Below are positions 37,602 to 49,624 of a DNA stretch of 64,000 nt, one piece after another. Source of the DNA: Octopus bimaculoides (lineage: Eukaryota). Both the position numbers and the translations under genes were made by a program. The DNA lies in contig NC_068983.1 in NCBI RefSeq assembly GCF_001194135.2, positions 92,182,236-92,246,235 of the forward strand, in the 5' to 3' direction. A model generated the notes under the pieces. That model was not told the origin of the DNA and ran no database searches. It saw only the letters and a program-made list of their open reading frames with translations. The first letter of the stretch is position 1, and the number at the start of each line of letters is the position of its first letter.

Positions 37602-38875
37602 GTATATATTCTCTATATCATTTTGTGTATATTAATAGTATATAATGTAAAGTAATTATGATAAAATATTGCATAATAAGTTATATGCAATTATATATTG
37701 ATCTTGCAGTTTCAATAGAATTAAATACTAACAAATGATATGTCTATTAAGTATTATATAGATTGTTGTATATTTTTCTGTCATTTATTGAGCAGCCAAC
37801 AATAAGATTTATATGCAATAAAAATGCAAAACGTCCTTTCTATCTTAAATAACTCTTAATTTTTTTCATTCCATGGAATTTCCATGGGTCCTGCTAGTAC
37901 TTGATATTAGAAATGCCTCAATATTATCAGCATTTAAAATTAACTTAGGATTTGCTTTCAACAATCAGTATCGTAATCATTTTAAAATTAACTTAATTCA
38001 TTGATTTAAATCTTATAATCTGAGAAATCTAATGGTGTAAATAAATATATCAGTATTCATAAGAAAATTCTCATTTTGGTTTGAAGATTTCATAGATTGG
38101 AAAAATTTAATTCCAATTATTACACAGTCTGAGAGAATTCCTATTTGCTACTTTTTTCTATTTCTATTATATTCTTATGTGATCAAGTAATTTGTTTAAA
38201 TTTACTAAATTTAAATCTTTTACAAGGAGAGCATTCCTATTTTACATGTAAATTTCATCAATATTTAGCTAATGTAATAACTTTGAAAATCTATCATTAT
38301 CTTAAACTATTTTAATTTCTTAATTCTATCAAATGATAGTGTGGTGCTACAATGTCATCTTAAAGTAAAAGATGGATTAGATCCATCATTGAATTTAACA
38401 TGTAGTCATCAACAACATTCTTTTGTTTTTCCTAAGCACAAAGGAGGTAAAAAAGTCTGAAATGTTGATTTTTTTCATGAAATGCCTTTCTCAATTACAT
38501 CAGAAGTATCATTTAATCAAAAGTTTACCACCTTCATTACAACACTCACATTAATAACAACATCAACATTATGATATGAACTTGTTTCTCTCCATTTGTT
38601 CCGTAATAATTTTTAACTTAAATGCTTTGAGAAAGTTGCAAGCTGAACCAATACTGCCCAAACTAATATGGCATTCAGTGGTGTTTTACCAATAAAACAA
38701 TAGATTTACATATTTAATGATGAACATTGTGATATGTACAAGCCTTCATGGATTTTCTGAGAATGCTTCAAATTGAATGAGCCATAAATGTAAATAATGT
38801 TGTGAAAAGTGTTGGATTCAATCTCTTTAAGGACAGAAATATTCTCTTTACTATTTTTTTGTTTTGTTTATTTAG

Positions 38876-39003
38876 AAAATCTTCTCCGTGGAAGCATTGC
38901 AACAGATCAGGACAGTCGATCCAGTTGGCCTGAGCGTAGCCGTGGTAGTGTGGTACATTTTCCAGATAGTGAATGTTCTGATGATGAAGATAGTCCTTCT
39001 GAG
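38876..39003 (+). CDS. scrib: Scribble coding exon (linker after LRR/LAP-specific domain)
   Basis: Acceptor ttttgtttatttAG at 38874-75 and donor GTTAGT at 39004. Encodes (E)NLLRGSIATDQDSRSSWPERSRGSVVHFPDSECSDDEDSPSE. Ends in phase 0, compatible with the next exon. Resembles the W..SRVSVIQF segment of vertebrate SCRIB (from memory). Confidence 0.85.
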
Positions 39004-40445
39004 GTTAGTTTTTCTTATTTCGCTTAACAAAATTCTTGTATGGTTGACAAATTATACTTCCTTAATTAGCTCTATCTACTATACTCTAATCACTCTTCTA
39101 TCAATTACATCCCCTAACTATCTTATGTCCTTCAACTAACTTTCTAAACTAGTTGTTTTCAACAGAGTATTACAATATTATGTCATTTTGTGTTGCTAAA
39201 ATTTTTCACTTATTTAAATATTATAAGATAATGATGATGATGATTCATCAAAGTAAACTGGTTGGCTTAAGATACAGTTAAAATTCAGTTTTAAACTGAT
39301 ATGTTTATGATCATCCAACCATGATTAGCATGATTTTTTTTCTACCTTTGGGTAAGTAGTGGGAGGGTATGACTTGTCTGTGATGTTTGAAGAGCAAGTC
39401 CAGTATATGAGTAATTAGTTAATCACATAACAATCACTGTCTAGATTTGCTAATTGCTAGATAAATACTTTTTTAAGAGCAAGAGAAACACTAAGGTTCA
39501 TTCATGTTGAGCCAAAAGTTTCATTAAATAGTAATTGTGAATATACATGACAAAGATAGGTAGAAGTAGTCATGAATTTTGAGCTCATCTTATTGCAAGC
39601 ATTTCATTGTCATTTGGCAAGGTACTTGTTTATATTTGTTTTTGTTTGACTAATTAAAGAATAATTGTAGAGCCTTCTGTGAAATTTCTCTGCAATACTT
39701 ATTTCTTAACAGAGATTGTATTTACTTATGAGCTGTTTTAGATTATGGAAGCATTAACTATCATTCTATGATGCTGCAGAATTTGCTGATCTTTGTACAT
39801 AGCCATAGTTGTCCAAGCCTATAAGGTACTGGGCTAAGCAAAATGGTCAGTAGTTTATATTCTTGATGCTTACTCAGCTGTAGGTAGGTAATATTGGCTG
39901 GTTGCATTTATTTATTCCTCTCAGTAAAAGTAGCTCTGCAAAATCACCAAGTACTTCTTGGCTTATGGTGCTTAGTTCAACTTTTATAGATGTCAACAAA
40001 TGGCTTGGGTCCCACTGATTTCATCCTATATGCTCAAATCTGCTATATTTGTAGTTTTGATCTTTAATTCACTGTCCTGAAGATGGACAAGGTTTTTGTT
40101 TATACAACTGTACCCCAACCTATTTCCAACCATGAAACCTGTTGCTCTACAAAATAAACTGCATAATTGAAACTTATCTCTCCCAAATTGCATCCCTCAG
40201 AAACTTCTTTCTCTCGTGTACATATATATATATATATATACATAATTAAAAAGGAATGTAAAAATACATCATGAAGGATATATCATAAACAATTCGTAAT
40301 TATTTATGAATATATCAATGGCCAAATATGTAATCATAAATCTCATAAAGGAAGTGTGTATAATTATGACTGCTATTTCTAGACATGAAAGGGTTTTTGC
40401 AACCCTCTCCATTATAATTGTGATTTATTCATAATTATACACACT

Positions 40446-40482
<37 letters not shown>

Positions 40483-40691
40483 AGCTGGTAAAAAAGCTTA
40501 ACTCCCAAAACTCTTTTTAAAATAGATTATCAACTGATTTCTCTATCTTCATCTCATAATGCTCTCCTTCCACAAGATATGGTTACTTCAGCTGTGAAGA
40601 AACCCATTCTCTTTTAGTTCAGAAACCAATTTCTTTATTTTATTTTAATATTCTTAATTCTTAACACTTCACTATTACTATATCTCCATAG

Positions 40692-40805
40692 GGTCACCTA
40701 AGGCGACATGGCACACCTCATCCCCGCGAACTGAAGAATAGACATGCTAAGCTGCTGAAAAAAGAAATTGATGGTCATGTTATACCACATGAAAAGGACA
40801 AAAAG
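40692..40805 (+). CDS. scrib: Scribble coding exon (LRRxxTPHP motif); not in the ORF track
   Basis: Acceptor tatctccatAG and donor GTAAC. 114 nt, phase 0-0, encoding GHLRRHGTPHPRELKNRHAKLLKKEIDGHVIPHEKDKK. Resembles the LQRRATPHPSELK segment of SCRIB. Confidence 0.9.
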
Positions 40806-41271
40806 GTAACATGGGTTCTAATAGCATTTCTTCTGGTTTTAGAGAATTTAGAATCTGGATTGATTATCTTCATAATACAGAAGTCATCAAAATTACAAAC
40901 AATACTGATCATATGTACTTGGATTCACGATTAATGTATTTGTTGGGATGTGTATGCTACATCTAGAATGATACTTAAAGTTATCCTTTATTGTGAGCTT
41001 CTATTCATTCTACTCAAATATTAGTTCCTGGACTCCATTGCAAAAATGTCTTGAGGCAGAACATTAATGCCTTCATAATTAATTGAATGAGTGATAGCTG
41101 CAAATGCAAAATGATAATTCTGGAAACTGAAAATTATTTGTGGAGAATTTTCTGAAAATGTAGCTTTTTTTTAATATGAGATTATATATTGAAGACTGAC
41201 AAATACATGGCTATTAGACTCCAAATAGTAGAAAAGAAAGGATGGGATAGTCCACCACCACAATGATGATG

Positions 41272-41323
<52 letters not shown>

Positions 41324-41342
41324 CAACAACAACGATGATGAC

Positions 41343-42030
41343 CAAGTGGCTGAGAAGTCCAGGACTGAAAGCAGAGACTGAAGGTTTCATATTCTCGGCA
41401 CACTATCAAAGTTGCTTACTAGAAACTACCTGACTAACATTCTTCAAAATGGTTCTGACCTTAAATGCAGATTCTATGACAAATTTGATGAAACAATAAA
41501 CCATCTCATTTTGGGATGTCCTGTGCCGACACCAAACAAATACAAAAATCACCACAATAGGGTAGGACAGTATTTACATTGGAAAACATGTAAACACTAC
41601 AAAATTGGCACTCCTGCTTACTGGTATGAACATCATCCTGAGTCAGTCATTGAAAGTAAAAATGTCATTATCCTCTGGGATTTTCCAGTCAACATCGATA
41701 GAACAATCCCGGCTTATCAGCCAGACATAATTATTAAAGACAGGGAAGAAAATACTTGTAGACTAATAGATGTAAGTGTTCCCACTGACAAAAATATATC
41801 TGTGAAGGATTTTGACAAATTAAGTAAATATGAGGACCTGGAAATTGAAATACAAAAGATGTGGCATCTTAAAGCAAGAACTGTTCCTGTTATTGTAGGT
41901 GCCCTAGTTATGATAAAAAAAGGGATGTCAGAAACATCTAGACAGCATCCCAAGAGAACCATGTCTCAGAGAAGTCCAAAAGACTGCTGACAGGTACTGC
42001 CCACATCCTTAGAAAACCCTATCAATTTAA
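41343..42030 (+). mobile_element. 5'-truncated R4/Dong-clade LINE (CCHC plus restriction-like endonuclease)
   Basis: ORF 41412-41990: KCRFYDKFDETINHLILGCP, PDIIIKD..LIDVSVP, KLSKYEDL. Preceded by (TAA)n at about 41270-41320. Confidence 0.9.
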
Positions 42031-42300
42031 ATGTCTGTGTTGTATTACATGAAGATATTTTGCTACTGCCCCTGCCACTTTCCTCCTCAGACTTTCAGTC
42101 ATACTATAACATCTCTTATCCTTCACTCACCCTAGGAAGCTGGCTGTGTCTCAGCAAGTGAGACATGCACTCACTCACACATGCATACTCATTCTCTCTC
42201 TCCTCCCTCTTTCTCTCCCTCTCTCTGCTTCCATCCATGCATAAGAGAAATCATTTTTATGTTTTTTGTTTTGTTTTTCTCTTTTTCTTTTTTGTAACAG

Positions 42301-42412
42301 GACCAATCCTTCATGCCACAAAGGGATCCACGCTGGCTAGAAGCTTCTGATGATTCTGGTTATTTAGAGAAAAAGAGTTTACCTCAACCTACTTATACCA
42401 TACCTCCAAAAG
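42301..42412 (+). CDS. scrib: Scribble coding exon (linker)
   Basis: Long polypyrimidine tract ending tttgtaacAG, donor GTAAGT at 42413. Encodes DQSFMPQRDPRWLEASDDSGYLEKKSLPQPTYTIPPK plus one G. Phase 0-1, matching both neighbours. Confidence 0.85.
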
Positions 42413-42970
42413 GTAAGTCACAACTTAAGGATAATATCTAGGATACAAATATTAATGTTGTTTTGTCAATTTTTCATTATGGTATTGTCATTCTAACCAA
42501 AAAATCAAACAATGCTCACTTAAATGTCTGAAAATGTAAATGTCTATGGCAAAGATTAAGGGCGCAGTTCACTGAGCTGTAAATTGTTATCTTGGGAAAA
42601 TAGTTTATTAATTCAACCAATATCATAGGCCCTGCATAATTTATGTTTTAATATGCTGCATTACTTTCCTGAAATCCTATGGGCATGTCACGTGACTGTT
42701 TAATAGTATAAATAAGGTAATTTAGTCTAATGGCAGTATTGTTGAGTGTTATAAAGTTGTGAAAGTAGTTTGTAGTCTATGACTAATTCAAATTGTCTAC
42801 ATGATATATTTCATCACTTCAGAAGTCAAATTAAATCCATGACTAAGGTAAGAAATTCATAGGTACCTCATTATATGAACAATGAATATTGTTGAAAAGT
42901 ATAAACTGAAGTTCATTTCCTCTACCTTCAACTATCAGCTGATCAAAAATTCTTTATTCCAATTATCTAG

Positions 42971-43311
42971 AAAACAATATATCTAAGCAAGTTGGGGAAC
43001 AAAGTTATGTCTCTGTGCCATATATGTCTACAAAGCCTGAAGAACCAGAAGAATTAATCAAACTTGAGCCAGAAGAAGTTGAAGATACTATACCGAAGGA
43101 ATGTCAACCTCTTTTGCTTTCTGAAACTTTAGTTTATCCAGAGGCCATTAGAAAACCTCCACAGATGCTAACACCAGGTGACTCTGATGACATAGATTCC
43201 TCTTCGGTTGAAAGACCAGCTACTAATTTAGAATCTGATGGAGGTTTTGCTGAAAATGAACAAGAAAATGGTGATATTGGAAATTCAGAAAATGATTATG
43301 CTGATGATGAG
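42971..43311 (+). CDS. scrib: Scribble coding exon (acidic/proline-rich linker)
   Basis: Acceptor attatctAG, donor GTATGG at 43312. Starts in phase 1 (G+AA = Glu), is open throughout (overlaps ORF 43015-43335) and ends ...DYADDE in phase 0. Confidence 0.85.
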
Positions 43312-45134
43312 GTATGGCATCTGTTTCTTCATTAAAACATTTTCAATTAACTTTTTAATTAAGAAAACAAATTCACATTCCCTTTTTGAGTAGATGCTAT
43401 GGTGTGATTAAACTATATGAATATATTCAGTGGGCACTAGTAAAAAAAAATTGCAAATTTATTGAGATTATGAACTTCTTCTATTCTACTTGTAAAACTC
43501 GTAAGTTAAAATAAAGTTTATTTAGTTCAATTCCACATAAATGTACTTGTAAAATATGCCTCTTGAACATGTTTAAATTACAACTGTAGGTGAAGTATAA
43601 TGACTGCCTAGACTATTTGTGTATGTTTTTGTATGGGTTCAAATTTTTCAAAGGCCATAGTATTGTACTTCAAAGCTAGATGTAAAGCTCTGCTTGTTTT
43701 AGTTTGTCTGGTTAACAATAAGTTCCACTTCTATTTCACAGATGAATGATTAGCAATAGTAAAGGATCCAGTTACAAAAGAATTGCTCCAAATAAAACCA
43801 TCTCACCCATGCTAACATGAAACAATGTAAAACTGAAAGAGAGGGGATATACAATGCAAATAACAGCGTAGATCATAAGCTAGTTACTGTTTACCACCAT
43901 GGTAAACCTATCTCATGTTATTGATTTAATAATCTTAGCTGATGGGACAAACTTAGTATTTCTGTAAACTATTTAAAGTATTGCTTACATGTATTTATCT
44001 TCAATTATATAATATTGTTTTGTTACAAATAATTTCTTTTGTTTCATTCTTCTTCTTTGTTGATAATTAAATCTGTAGCTTATTTAATCCCATTCAATAA
44101 AAATTTTGTAGTTTTGAAAATGGTACCATTTTGAGAAAACAAAGCTAAAATTTTGACACTGCTTGTTTGTTTGTTTGTTTTCTACATTGACTTCTTGCTT
44201 AAACACAAAGTCACAAATTTATAAGGAGAAGAATGAGCTTATCTGGTAATTGTATAGCCACACTTGAAGACCAACATTTTAAAGTAACTTATTAGTTTTG
44301 TTTTTTTCTGTAAAGCCTAGATTTATATTATTCCATTATTTTTTGCTTTTAATTTCTTGAATTGGTAACAGTTCTTTGACTGATTATGTTGTGAAAATAT
44401 AAGCCTTGCAACTATTGTAACTGATGGATGAAAAACTGTTTGTGGGTTAGATTTGTAGGAGAGAATAAGTATTTGGACCTGCCATCCATTCTTTCTATTA
44501 AGTCTTTTTATTTACCGAGTGGTTATATCAACAATATACATATATATCTGGTATTTAGCTATTCTTTGTTCAAATCCTGCTTGAGATCATATTTAATTTC
44601 ACTGCTTCAGTGTTGATAAAACTAAATTCAGTAATGTACTAAAACTAATAAAGCAGGAGAAATAGTAATGAATTAAATTAAATTTCTTACAGTTTTTAGT
44701 TTTGTCCCTCTACAATCCAAGTTCAAATCATTCTAAGATTGATGTTACTTTTAATCTCTCCAGGATTAAGAAAGAACTATTAACTACTGAGCGTAATTAA
44801 TTGACTGCACTATTCCATTTCAATTTTGTGACTTTGTGTTAATGTGGCGACGTTGTTGTTGTTGAACAACAACAACAACAGAGAGTAAAGTTATGTTCTC
44901 TGCAAACCAAGTCTGTATCTCACTTTTGAGTTCTGGTTAGAAACATTTCACTTTATTTGTATTGCTGTGTTGGAAACACCGTGAATATTACACTCCAACT
45001 ACCTTCCATAAAAATTCTCAGGTCTCATGCATCTGTAGAAAGTTATCATCAAAGCCAACATTGACATATTGATTAGCAGAATCCTTAAAGTATCAAACAC
45101 AATACCTTATGGTATTTCTTTCCAGTTATTTATG

Positions 45135-45320
45135 TTTTGAGCTCAAATCCCACTGAGGTCAACTTTGCCTTTCATCCTTTCAGGGTTGATAAAATAAAGT
45201 ACCAGTCAATTACTGGAGTCAATGTAAATGACTTACTCCCCTTCAAATTGCAGGCCTTGTGCCAAATTAGAAGGAATTATCATCATCATCATCATCATTA
45301 TCATCATCATCATCATCATC
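45135..45320 (+). mobile_element. 5'-truncated SINE (family B) with (CAT)n tail
   Basis: TCAAATCCCACTGAGGTCAACTTTGCCTTTCATCCTTTCAGGGTTGATAAAATAAAGTACCAG matches the copies at 53585-55715. Confidence 0.8.
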
Positions 45321-48300
45321 ATAAAAATTTAGAAGTAAATGTTAGTAACCATTCAAAACTAATGTTAAGTTATGGTATTGTTCTTTAAAAAATGCCTCAA
45401 GCTAGTGTTTCAGAATTTGGCTTATAAATGATTATTGGTAAGAATTTTATCCAATATTATCTTAAGCAACTCAATCATGCAGTAATTTTAATTTTGGGTT
45501 TCTTTAGAGTAATAGAGATAAAGGTAATTTATTTACTGTAATATCATTTGGATTTTATTGTTCTGTTTATAATAATTATTAATGCTTTACTCTGGAAATA
45601 TAGTAAAATTATTTTTTAGTAGTATATAATACTATCTATTCATTTTCATTAGTAACTGAAAATTGTTACAAAGTCTTCTCTGTAGTGCTGTTATTGGTGT
45701 TGTACAATCTAGGCTTAGTAGTCCATAACTTTTTGCAGCACGATTTCTATTATACTAACCTCTGTCCCTTTTTGAATGCTGGGATAGTTCCTCTAATCAT
45801 GTTTTTCTTTCTCAGTAATCTGGCTCTGTGACAATGACATCCAATTTATAAGGCTCTATGTCTGCATGGTATAGCATGATTCTTTGGTCGTGCAAGGGTG
45901 TTCAGAAAATGAAATTGTTGAATTTAGTTAACTTTTGGTTGGTTTCTTTAATCCAATAAGGTAAGTTTAATAATAATAATAAACAAATAAACAAATGAAT
46001 GATAATGGCTCTTTCTCACTGAACTTGGCATGAAAACCCTGTAAACTTTTGATGTATTTTCATCAGAACATTCAGTCTTGCACTATTTTGATTCCTTTTT
46101 GACCCTTCCATTAAGGTTTCTATTTGAATGTAATAACTTAGTTATGAAACTAGCTAAAAAAGACAAATTAAACAATTGTAAATAATTCATAAGTATTATT
46201 ATGTAAGACACTTGTTTACATTTCCTTTGCATTCACAGTATTATTGTTTTTTCATATCAAGTACCTGGATGCTAGATAACTTTTCAAAATAACTCATTCT
46301 ATCAAGTCATGAAACTAACATTGAAAAGTCTAATAGCAACAGTCATAACTTGTGAATCTTCCAGTTTCTTGAATTTTTTATGGCAGAGGAAATTACTTTA
46401 TATAGTAAATAATTTCCATTTTCAGAAGATTATTTAGAATTATATAATTTGGTATGTCATTATTCTCAATATTTTTGTGTTCAGAAAAGTAGTGGTTGGT
46501 AGAATTGGTAGGACACAGAGCAAAATTGTTTGCATTTAGTTCATTCTTTTATATTTAAAGTTCTACCCTATTTGGAGATTGACTTCACCTTTCGCTTATC
46601 TAAGATTCATAAGATAAATACCTTTGTGACTTTGTACCAGTGTAAAAAATTATTATTGTTTGATTAATTCATTAAAATTGATAAACACATTAGGTATTCA
46701 TTTTGCTGTCTCTTTGATTTTCTACTAAAGTACATTTCCTAAAGGGTTTCAATCTTCAGATAATGGATATTGACTTTCACCAATAGATTCAATTAATTAG
46801 TTTATATTTGTGTGTTTAACTCCAGGGGAATTATACAAATTTCGAAATATATTGGAAATATTTAGTAATTATAACTCTATTTGAATTGAAAATTCCTGTC
46901 ATTAAGGTTTTTGCCTTTTTTTTTTTTACTCTACAATTTGATTAACTCATCCAATTTTCAAATTTTTAACTGAAAACTGATTTTAATTTTCTTTCTGTGG
47001 TTTTGAAAAATTTATTTGTGATTCTTGGCTATTTCAGTTACTTAGGTTGTGATGAAATAATAAATAAGCTGAAAAATCTATATAGCAAGGGAAATAGTTG
47101 ATCCCTATTAAACAGTAATCCAGAATTTTTTATAAGATTTTCTTTTATTCTCTAAAGATACTTTTATAGATTGTAGCAAGAATGTAATAAACAAACAGTT
47201 TTCTTTTATCTTATCACTACCTAGAAAATGTTCTGATATTGAATGATATACAAGAATGTTTCTAATTTGAAAAGGCAGCTTTGAAAAAAAATGTTTTTAT
47301 ACATTTTCTTTTATCCTGAATCTGAAAGAATTCTTGGAGGACTTGCAATCCATGACTTTTGCAGGTTCTCCTAGACTAGTGATCATGATGCTGTTAATGT
47401 TCCATTTAAATGGTTGCAAAGTCAAGTTCCAGGGGACTGATGCATAAGTGGGGTATGACTAGGAATAGTGATTAGTTTGGGACCTGGAAGTTGAACACAA
47501 CAAGGGTTATATTAGATGGAAAGACAAGTGGATCAGGAGTGCCTGAGTGAAGGAGGCACAAGACCAGCTTGCTCTGAGGAACAGTATTTTATTAATATAT
47601 ATGTAGTATGGAGCTATTAGTAATATTTATAGTTAGGCTGCCAAGTTTTAGAAGTTCCAAAAGATATAGTAAATTCACCCAGCAATAAAGTTCCCCATGA
47701 AAAATATTTTATCTTAGTGTTCTTTTGGAAATTCTTGTAAGTTCCATCTTCTGCTTTATTTCTATCCTTTGATCAAAATTTATTTCCTAATGATCATGTG
47801 GAAGCAGTTTTCCTTATTTTAATTTTTTATCTGCAAAATCTGCAGAGAATAAGAAAATAAATTACATTAAATTCCTTTGTTGCTAAATTTGTGCAATGAT
47901 ATTTTTGGGTAAGTACTTACATACATGTCCATAGGGAAATTTTTGTTGTTGTTTATTTTGGGTGGGTGGGTGTATTTATTTATTTTTTGTTTTCAGGGTT
48001 TTTCTTTTTTTGTCTTTGTTAGCTTTACCATTCTACTGTTTTAGTGCATTTGTGATGTCACTTCTTAAGAGTAGTTAGTGCACCATCTCCCCTAGCATGT
48101 CTGTTGCATTCACCCATTATGGGATAAAATCTGTCAGATCTTTCAATTATGATTTTTTTTGTTGTTTATATTTAATTTTTTAAATATTTTATAGAAAAAT
48201 GGTCACCAAAATATTCTTGGTTGATAAGCATTCTTTTAGAAATAAGTTTACTCCTCTTCCATTTGAACCTAGTATTAGAAATTAATGATCAAATGAACTA

Positions 48301-49190
48301 GGAGCACTAGATCCTTTTGCAAATTAAACATATTGTATAATAGATTTCTTTAAGACTTTCTGTTATCCATTTGGCACACATGTACACACATATATCCTTG
48401 ATCTTCCCAGTTTGTTTTAATTTTGTTCAATGGTAATTTGCTCTGTCCCTTTCAGAAATCTAATTGTAATACTAAATGCTAAAATGCATGAAGCACTAAC
48501 ATATATACACTACTTTGTGACACCTTCAACTATCTCTAAAAGCAAACAGATCAGACAAGAAAACTGTAATTCTCTTTCTTCAGTGTATCTTGTTTCACAT
48601 AGTTGTTTCATATGACTTAATTGTGTTAGAAATTGTAGGATTTTTGTTTTTCACATGGAGTTCTCTCCAGTCATTATCTTCATTTGCATTCAGTCAATTA
48701 TAAACGGCTTATTTCTCTTGAGTTTTTTTTTTTCCTCTTCTCCTTTCAAATCTTGTTTTATACACTATTCTTCCCTTGGAATTTAACAATATCTTAATAA
48801 ATTTGTTTATTAATCTAGGATTGATAAGTGGGTGCAGATAGTTATTTAACTGGAGATACACCTTAAAATTTTTTTAAACAACTTCATAGCAAAATGTTTT
48901 TATTTGAATTTTACAGTATCAAGAGTTCTTCATTGCCTAATTATTTCAGGAAATCTGAACATTCTTAAAGAGCCTATAAACATTAACATTATTAATTTAA
49001 ACTATTCTTTCACTGTCTAAATTGAAGTCATCTGACTTCAGTTTAATATGGTTACTTGAAGATTGTTCTGACCATTGGAAACCAAATTTCTAGCAAATTG
49101 AGAAAAGACAGGTGGTTCTAAATTTATTTTCATCTATTTATCATCATCATCCTTATCATCACCGTCGTCGTCGTCATCATGATCATGATG

Positions 49191-49231
<41 letters not shown>

Positions 49232-49402
49232 TAATTATTATTATCACTATTACTATTCTTATCATTCCTTTTACGCTTTTAGGAAATCATATCCTAATTT
49301 CTTAGTCCTCATCCTGTGCAATGGCAATAGTACTTAAAGAGGGCCGTAATCACCGGTAGCTACCTGTCGAGTTAGTATTCACTGTTCTGTTATTTTGTAC
49401 AG

Positions 49403-49624
49403 CAGGTAGATCCCCACCGCAGGCGTGTCATTTTCCCCCCTGAAATTGAGGAGCAGCCTGAGAAAGAAAATAAACTACGCCGCCGGGACACGCCACACCA
49501 CTTAAAGAACAAGCGTATCAACGTGATGTCCTCGAAAGATGAAGCTGATCAGGTGCGCGAAATCCTAGCCCAGGCAGCTGCAACTGCCAAAATGGAAAAA
49601 ATGGAGGAGAAATCCATCCTTAAG
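49403..49624 (+). CDS. scrib: Scribble coding exon (RRVIF, LRRRDTPH, KSILK); not in the ORF track
   Basis: Tandem acceptor tgtacAG-cAG (start 49403 or 49406), donor GTAGGC at 49625. Encodes (Q)VDPHRRRVIFPPEIEEQPEKENKLRRRDTPHHLKNKRINVMSSKDEADQVREILAQAAATAKMEKMEEKSILK. Resembles the RLIRKDTPHY segment of SCRIB. Confidence 0.9.

Noticed and set aside
41412-41990. 192-aa sense ORF as an additional scrib exon
   Set aside because: It is an R4/Dong C-terminal fragment. The flanking exons 40805 and 42301 already join in frame, and I saw no convincing splice sites.
47310-47590. Slightly GC-richer island in the intron
   Set aside because: No open frame with compatible splice sites and no recognisable motif. 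Probably an old TE fragment.
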